Shown here piece after piece: positions 56,400-64,000 of a DNA stretch of 64,000 nucleotides; positions within the stretch are counted from its first letter, which is position 1, and every line of letters starts with the position of its first letter. The DNA is from Macrostomum lignano (lineage: Eukaryota): the NCBI GenBank assembly GCA_002269645.1, contig NIVC01001006.1, forward strand, positions 1-64,000, given 5' to 3'. A model generated the notes under the pieces. That model was not told the origin of the DNA, searched no databases, and was given only the letters and a program-made list of their open reading frames with translations. Both the position numbers and the translations under genes were made by a program.

Positions 56400-58580
56400 T
56401 AGGAGGTAAATCAGCACAGTATTAAGAAAAACATCACTTTGGACTCTAAGAAATTAAGAAGCTCAAAAATCAAATGCAAGATGGCCCAAAGCTGACATTT
56501 TCAACAGTGCCAATTGTTGATTCTAGGCAAATTGGGTGTGAGCAACCTTTTAACAACCAATTAAGGCTTTTGGTTATCTGCCTAGTAAACAAAAATGACA
56601 AGGTAGCATTTATTGGCAACCTACAAAATCTGCAAGAAGCTGGCTCTGCCTTCCCAAGAGTCCAGATAAAGAATGACCTAATAGAAAAAGAGTGAGATTT
56701 CATTCAAGCAAAAGACTATCAAGGATCTAAAAAACTGAACATACTGAGCTATTGCAACCATGATCCAACTATCAATAAAATCAATCAATAAAATTATTAC
56801 TAATACTAAGGCATATAAGAAGTGGATATAGTACACTAGAGATAACCTCATCTCAATTAAAAATAATAGCATACAAAAGAGCAAAAAATCTCTCACAATA
56901 CCAAATAGAGGTATAGCCAAGGGGGAGGGAACACTGGAGACATGCCTCTCCCCCTTGGAGAAAGGAGGATTTTTTATTGCCTTTGTTTTTTGCTTCTATC
57001 CAAGATGGATTTATGTCTATTGAACTACCTTTCTTTCTGATGTGAATCCTGGCTATGCACTTAATACCAAATCAAAACTCATTGAACTTAATATTACAAA
57101 GAATAACAAAAATTTACTATTAGCAGTTGGAATGTTATCCTCATTCCTAAACTTGAATTATTAGAAGCTGAGTCAACTTTTAAGCATTTTATGTCTTCAA
57201 AAAGCTTGGATAATAGACCAAAAATAAAGATAAACTTTTCAACATTAATAAACCCACCTCACAACAAGAAAAACATATTGTTTCTCAATTTTTTGAGGAC
57301 AAAATCTTAAATATTGACATGCAAAATCCAGCTTTCTTTTATAGGAAAGTTAGGCAAATTCAAAGCAAACTCACAGTAGAAACAAAAAACCTCTGTTTAA
57401 CATTGAGCCCTTTCTTAAACCCTTAAGAAATGCTACTAAGCATGCTTATAGAAGATATACTCTTGGAAACATGAATCTTTTCTCTGTGCAGAAAATACAA
57501 ACATCTAGGCTTTATACAAAATGATAAAAAAACAGCTTTGGAACCTACTGAAATCATATAACCACTCCAACAATTCAATAATTAATGATAATTTTGTAAG
57601 ATGTTTTTAAAACCTTGTTACTAAGCAGAGTAGCAATATTACTTTCCTACAATCTACACCTAGACTACCCAACTCTAACTGATCTTTTTAATGCTTTATT
57701 TACCAAAGAAGAAGTTACAAAATAATAGAAAGCTCAAAATAGAAAAAGCACTAAGTCATAATTGAGATGTAGAAACTTTCTAGTCTACCTTGGGAAAACA
57801 CTTTCTAACTTTCTGTTTTACTTTTCAATGAACTACTCAAACAAAAAACTTTTTTAACTAGTTGAATAACCAATATATGTTGCCTAATTTACAAAAACAA
57901 AGGTAGCAATACCAACTCTAACAATTATAGAGATATCTATATGCAACCTATTCTTGGCAAGCTTCTTTGCCAAATGATTAAATCTAGACTAAAAAACCTA
58001 GCCCACTCTAGACTCTAACAACCTAATCTCAAAATACCAATATAGTTTCAAGCCTTACCATAGCACAATTGACCAATGTTTTAATCTTTATAACAATCAT
58101 TATAAACCATTCTATGTCCAACAAAGATACACTTTTCATAAGATTTGTTAATTATAAAAAAGCTATTCATAGCTTAAAACCAACCTTACTTTTTGGCACA
58201 AAATCAACAACCATGGTATAAACTTATACCTTTTATAATAAAAGATCAAATAATACTCATTGAAAAAAATATATAAATACTTGCTTTTTCTAAAAAAATA
58301 TAATTATAATAAACCTAGCCAATCTCAATATCTAAAGGAGTTCTCCAAGGCAACCTTTCTACTATGCTTTTGAGCTTTATTTTAACAACATTAATGAATA
58401 TCTTATTATCTTAAGCTTTGTAACACTAGATAAGCCTATTCTCTTTTAAGACCTACCGTTTCACTTATCTTCCTTTTTGCTAATGACCAAGCCATAGGGA
58501 CTAGCAAAAAGCAAAGACAAACTTAAACTCTAAGACACATTTAATAGCATAGAAAATTATTGCAAACAAAATTACTTAAA
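56400..58580 (+). mobile_element. Heavily decayed non-LTR retrotransposon (LINE) ORF2 remnant
   Basis: RT motif relics in order despite stops and frameshifts: FTKEEV (~57700), IYKNKG...NYRDI (~57890-57935), YQYSFKP.HSTIDQ (~58035), FVNYKKA (~58144), KGVLQGN (~58334), LFANDQ (~58476). Confidence 0.75.
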
Positions 58581-59729
58581 GGCTGTTGTTATTTGTCTGG
58601 TGACCAGACAAATAGCCTTTTTGCTTTGTGATGAATATTCTAGATTTTTAAGACATTTTCTTATATACATATTAATATTTTTTTGTATACTAGTATAAGC
58701 AAAGCAGTGTATTTAGTTTGGCATAATTTGGTATATAACATATACACTAATATAACAATATAATAATCAAGATACAAATAGAAGTCTTTAAAGTCTAGGA
58801 ATATTTATCCTTGTAGTTTCTATGAAATAGATATTTTAGCAATATCAATTTAACCAGACAAATAACAAAATGCCTATTTGTCCAGTGGACAGTTTTCAAT
58901 TTATTTTTAATAATTAATTTTTTCTAATTTTCAAATGCGTGCTAATTTTCCGTGAACGCCAACTCATGTGGCCAACTGAGGTTTGCCAATGACCTCACCT
59001 CCCCCTGCTGGTTTCGAGTTTGGACCACTGGTTGAGGTTTAGTTTCCCAGTTTCCGGCCCAACGTTAAATCACCAGTTGTTTTTAACCGTTTTATGTATA
59101 ATTCCTTGTTAGTTTCATTATAAACCATTGCGTGGCCCTAGTTTTGGCGAGCTTAGACCCCACGCCTTGGAATTATTAAATATGTCTACTATAAATAACC
59201 TTGCTCTGCTCAATTTTCTGCATGCCTTTTCCCTTTTCTTTTTCTCTCTCTCCCCTTCTTTTCCAGTTAATTTAGCGTATCAGCTTTTATCTTATTAGTT
59301 TTATTTAGCGCACCGGCGCCTGCGACATCTTTCGTCTGTAGCAATTAACTTCAATTTATTAATAGCCTTCGCAAGCTAGTAAAACCTGCTTTAATAAATA
59401 AATACCCAACCAATTTAATCATTAATACTTATTCGTTGAAGTAAGCCATAGCCTATCTTGAATCATTTGCCCGTGGGGCATAAAACAACCAAGTCTCAAC
59501 TCAAAGAAAGCTCTGAGACCCTTCAATTCCGTAATACGAAAATTACGGTGGTGGCAACAACTGCCCTACTGAAAGTAATAAGCTCAACAAATCAATGCAT
59601 TAATTTTATGGCGCCAAAAGCTCCAGTGTCTACCATTTGAACGACCGTGCCGCTAACGACCGCTCCGCTACGATTGACTACCCTCCCCCCGGACTTGAGA
59701 AACGAGAATAACTTTGGCCCTCAACTTTT

Positions 59730-60123
59730 CTGTCAACTTTTCCATTAACTTTTCCGTCAACTATTCCGTCAACTATTCCGTCAACTTTTCGTGTTAGTAG
59801 GATAATAACTTTATCCATCAACTTTTCCGTCAGCTATTCCGTCAACTTTTCCGTCAACTTCTCCGTCAACTATTCCGTCAACTATTCCGTCAACTTCTCC
59901 GTCAACTATTCCGTCAACTATTCCGTCAACTTTTCCGTCAACTATTCCGTCAACTTTTCCGTCAACTATTCCGTCAACTTTTCCGTCAACTATTCCGTCA
60001 ACTTTTCCGTCAACTTCTCCGTCAACTATTCCGTCAACTTTTCCGTCAACTATTCCGTCAACTTTTCCGTCAACTTCTCCGTCAACTATTCCGTCAACTT
60101 TTCCGTCAACTATTCCGTCAACT
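59730..60123. repeat. 13-bp minisatellite (TCCGTCAACTWTT)
   Basis: Direct tandem copies. Confidence 0.95.
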
Positions 60124-60124
60124 A

Positions 60125-60785
60125 TCCGGGTTCAGGCATGAAGACTTGTACTCAGCCTCGAGCTGCTGCCCCTCTCTGTAGCCAAGAATGCTCAGCGCTG
60201 CAGCAGACTTGCCCAGTCCCATTGAACTTTCGACGAAAAAGTCTGCTTTATTAGCCCTCCTCCAGCTTCACAGCGTAACTCTCTGGTGGAATTTTTAACT
60301 ACAGCGATTTGAGTGGATTCATTGCCGATCTTGATCGAAGCGCATCGATAATTTTGTTGCCAACTTCGGTACATTATGCCACCCGCCCAATCTTTTGAAC
60401 CCATTACGACTATAGTTGGAGCATCAGAAGGGTAGTAGGCCTCCTCGTTCTCGCTGAGCACGAAGGACGCAGCAGCCGAGCCAGGCGGCTGATCGGAAGA
60501 CGGTGCGACGAGTGCAAACGGGGACTTCTTCAATTTAGCAGACACCCAGCGCATCAGCAGCTGCTGCTGGTCTCTGGTCAGGCCGCGCACTCCGTCAGTG
60601 GCGGCCAAGAAGATTGGAGTGAGCGGCTGCAGATCCTCCGGCACCTGGCTTATCGCGAAGTCTATCAGCGGATCCAAGTGCTCGTCGACCTTCCGATGAC
60701 AGTGAATCAAGGAAGCGATTCCAACGTCTGTTTTCTTGCTGTTTTTCTCGCTCACAAATCCGACAACTTTGTCGCAGTGATTCAT
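60125..60785 (-). pseudogene. Divergent GDA1/CD39 (NTPDase/apyrase)-like coding segment, frameshifted or pseudogene
   Basis: GIAS...LDPLIDFA...VP...TPIFLAATDGVRGL...LKKSPF...VLSENEEAYY...ASIKIGNESTQI follow the NTPDase ACR2-ACR4 order; a CLNP motif appears in another frame; ACR1 not found. Confidence 0.6.
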
Positions 60786-60969
60786 TCCTCTCTTGAGCGA
60801 AAATTAGCAAAAGTAGTCAAAGCAAAGTAGCAAAATTCGCGGTATTTACCATCATACGAGGGTAATGATAAAAAAGAAATTTAATGAAAAGTGAGACACT
60901 GAGAGTGAGAAAGGTTGATGCCAGCTCCCTATGTTTAGCTTTCTTTTTGCTGTGTCAGAATTTGACCTT

Positions 60970-61420
60970 TTCCTTACTGCTCTCTCATTGGCTAAGCTAG
61001 ATTGGGTCTGCCCCCTAGACTGAGTTTTAGTCCGTCTGACTTTGACGTCTGTCCTTACTGCTCTCTCATTGGCTAAGCTAGATTATTGGGTCTGCCCCCT
61101 AGGCTGAGTTTTAGTCCGTCTGACTTTGACGTCTGTCCTTACTGCTCTCTCATTGGCTAAGCTAGATTATTGGGTCTGCCCCCTAGGCTGAGTTTTAGTC
61201 CGTCTGACTTTGACGTCTGTCCTTACTGCTCTCTCATTGGCTAAGCTAGATTATTGGGTCTGCCCCCTAGGCTGAGTTTTAGTCCGTCTGACTTTGACGT
61301 CTGTCCTTACTGCTCTCTCATTGGCTAAGCTAGATTATTGGGTCTGCCCCCTATGCTGAGTTTTAGTCCGTCTGACTTTGACCTTTGTCCTTACTGTTCT
61401 CTCATTGGCTAAATTTAGTC
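60970..61420. repeat. 84-bp tandem repeat x~5.5
   Basis: Period 84 (61053, 61137, 61221, 61305, 61389). Confidence 0.94.
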
Positions 61421-61896
61421 TGCCCCCCGCCTAGGCTGAGTTCGTCCATCTTGCCTTCACTTGTGTACTTCGAGTTAAACTCATGTTCATCTTAATCCCA
61501 TATTCAAACTACCTGAGGCCGCAAACAATGGATAAATAATCAGCGGTCCCAGTGCGGCGCGAGCCATAGACAAATCGTTGTCACGTGCTGCGACCGCTGA
61601 TTCTTTGCATTGTTTTTCTGTTTGACGATCCTCCTAAAAACAATGCATTGTTTGTAGTCAGGTATTGTTCTGCATAAAAAGATGCAAATAATGATCGTCA
61701 AATTGCTAAACAATGAGAAAGAGAAGGAAATTTTAGCTGACAATAAATTAAGTGATGCTGCGTAGACAAATGGCTGAAAAAAATAGCATTTTGCAAGCTA
61801 GTAGAGACTACGACAAAGCAATTTAATCCAAAATAGCAAAAAGACATGCATTTTGAGCCCCCTGCTAGTTGTCTATGGTAAAAATGTGTCAAATCG

Positions 61897-62290
61897 GCAG
61901 GCAATTTAATCCTTGGAGCACTCATTAAGGTACTATCTTGCTCGGCCTTTTCATTTATTTCGCATGCCTCCAACCAAACCAACCAGAAAGCTCCATATCA
62001 AAAAGTTACGACGTAGAACAAGATTCAGCAAAAAAAGTTCACTTAACGAAAAAAAGGCCTCTATCGATAGCGTCGAATATCAATCTATGCTTTTCATCGC
62101 TATAATCTTAGCATATTGCGCAGGTGGCGCTCCGCCATCTTCGGCAGCGATTCCGTCGATGTCTTCAAAAATGGTGCTGGCTTGGTCACTTTCGTCTGAC
62201 ATGTTGAAAAAACTGAGAGTGGAAGGCATGGACAGCGCTGTTTGTGGATTTCAGTGCTTAAATGGGTGCTCCAAGGATTAAATTGCTTGC
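61897..62290. mobile_element. Non-autonomous TIR element, 394 bp, 30-bp TIRs, 3-bp TSD (PIF/Harbinger-like?)
   Basis: GCAGGCAATTTAATCCTTGGAGCACTCATT versus the reverse complement of the right end GCAAGCAATTTAATCCTTGGAGCACCCATT; TCG on both flanks. Confidence 0.7.
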
Positions 62291-62573
62291 TCGTAGTCTA
62301 TAAAATGCTATAGTAGATGCTCTGCTTTTTCACAACTTTAACTGCGAATCGTTCAATTGTTTTATTCTATACCGTACTACGAGTCTCTATGGCGGCATGT
62401 GGAAGGGAAAGCAGATTAAAATAGAAACTGCAATGCGCAGTCTATGGCCGAAAAAATGGACGGATCGGTCTTTCAGGCAAAGATATCTTTCAATCTTTTT
62501 TTGCTAAAATTGACAAACAATGACAGCAATGAAACAGCAAATTAAAACTCCCCCCGAACAGCTAGCGTACCGT

Positions 62574-62672
62574 CAAATCTGGTCTATGAGTAGCTGAATA
62601 AAACGAATGCAGATAGCTCTGTACTTCTGCCTCATACTGGGGCTTGCAGGTAAGTCTGAAGTTGACATCCTG
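62574..62672 (-). CDS. Possible isolated coding exon (DVNFRLTCKPQYEAEVQSYLHSFYSATHRPDLT)
   Basis: Open 99-nt segment bounded by CAG and GTACGC next to an intron-type repeat; no homolog recognised. Confidence 0.3.
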
Positions 62673-62676
62673 ACGC

Positions 62677-62694
62677 ACAGACAGGCAGGCAGGC

Positions 62695-62737
<43 letters not shown>

Positions 62738-62738
62738 A

Positions 62739-62787
<49 letters not shown>

Positions 62788-62802
62788 GGCAGGCAGGCAG
62801 GC

Positions 62803-62851
<49 letters not shown>

Positions 62852-62870
62852 GGCAGGCAGGCAGGCAGGC

Positions 62871-62919
<49 letters not shown>

Positions 62920-64000
62920 CTTAGGCAGACAGGCACAGGCAGATAGGCACAGGCAGACAGGCACAGGCAGACAGGCACAGGCAGACAGGCAAAGGCAGAC
63001 AGGCACAGGCAAACAGGCACAGGCAGACAGACACTTAGGCAGACAGGCACAGGCAGATAGGCACAGGCAGACAAGCACAGGCAGATAGGCACAGGCAGAC
63101 AGGCACAGGCAGACAGGCACAGGCAGACAGGCACAGGCAGACAGGCACAGGCAGACAGGCAAAGGCAGACAGGCACAGGCAAACAGGCACAGGCAGACAG
63201 ACACAGGCAGACAGGCACAGACAGGCAAACAGGCACAGGCAGACAGGCACAGGCAGACAGGCACAGGCAGACAAGCACAGACAGGCAAACAGGCACAGGC
63301 AGACAGGCACAGGCAAACAGGCACAGGCAAACAGGCACAGGCAGACAGGCACAGGCAGACAGGCACAGGCAGACAGGCACAGGCAAACAGGCACAGGCAG
63401 ACAGACACAGGCAGACAAGCACAGACAGGCAAACAGGCACAGGCAGACAGGCACAGGCAGACAGGCACAGGCAGACAGGCACAGGCAGACAGGCACAGGC
63501 AGACAGACACTTAGGCAAACAGGCACAGGCAGACAGGCACAGGCAAACAGGCACAGGCAGACAGGCACAGGCAGACAGGCACAGGCAAACAGGCACAGGC
63601 AGACAGGCACAGGCAGACAGGCACAGGCAGACAGGCACAGGCAGACAGGCACAGGCAGACAGGCACAGGCAGACAGACACTTAGGCAAACAGGCACAGGC
63701 AGACAGGCACAGGCAGACAGGCACAGGCAGACAGGCACACTCAGACAGGCACACTCAGACAGGCACACTCAGACAGGCACACTCAGACAGGCACAGGCAG
63801 ACAGGCATGGGCAGACAGGCACACTCAGACAGGCACAGGCAAACAGGCACAGGCAGACAGACACAGGCAGACAGGCACAGACAGGCAAACAGGCACAGGC
63901 AGACAGGCACAGGCAGACAGGCACAGGCAGACAGGCACAGGCAGACAGGCACAGGCAGACAGGCACAGGCAAACAGGCACAGGCAGACAGGCATGGGCAG
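62677..64000. repeat. (GACA/GGCA)n grading into a 14-bp (GGCACAGGCAGACA)n array, running off the right edge
   Basis: Direct reading. Confidence 0.96.

Noticed and set aside
58879-59559. Possible solo LTR (TGTCCAGTGGACA start, TATAAATA, AATAAA, ...AACA end) and a weak TIR pair at 58581-58874
   Set aside because: No matching TSD and no second copy or internal ORF in the window.

Overview
Eukaryotic (metazoan) genomic DNA, not prokaryotic: GT-AG introns, GC3-rich exons, a tRNA-derived CORE-type SINE, and a different minisatellite in almost every intron or spacer. The style resembles the flatworm Macrostomum (inference only). Host genes: 5' part of signal peptide peptidase (HM13-like, minus); an intronless rhodopsin-class GPCR with an unusual ~370-aa ectodomain (minus); an atypical AGC-like kinase (minus); a 6-exon coiled-coil + Death-domain gene (plus); mitochondrial thiolase ACAT1 directly downstream of MPP10 (minus); a ~5.95-kb tandem duplication giving a second intact MPP10 and a truncated, nonsense-mutated ACAT1; and a divergent GDA1/CD39-like fragment. 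Mobile DNA: a young Gag-protease-only Ty3/Gypsy element (identical 198-bp LTRs, 5-bp TSD) inside a satellite; an apparently intact 6.8-kb CCC-terminal CACTA/EnSpm element with a spliced BEN-like accessory gene; MITEs with exact TSDs; a decayed LINE. Most interesting signals: a likely trans-spliced MPP10-ACAT1 operon in which ACAT1 lacks its own ATG; minisatellites built from splice signals; a CpG/CpA-to-TpA biased decay signature; and the GPCR ectodomain. Most long ORFs in the supplied track are repeat or antisense artefacts. Repeat boundaries are approximate (read by eye).
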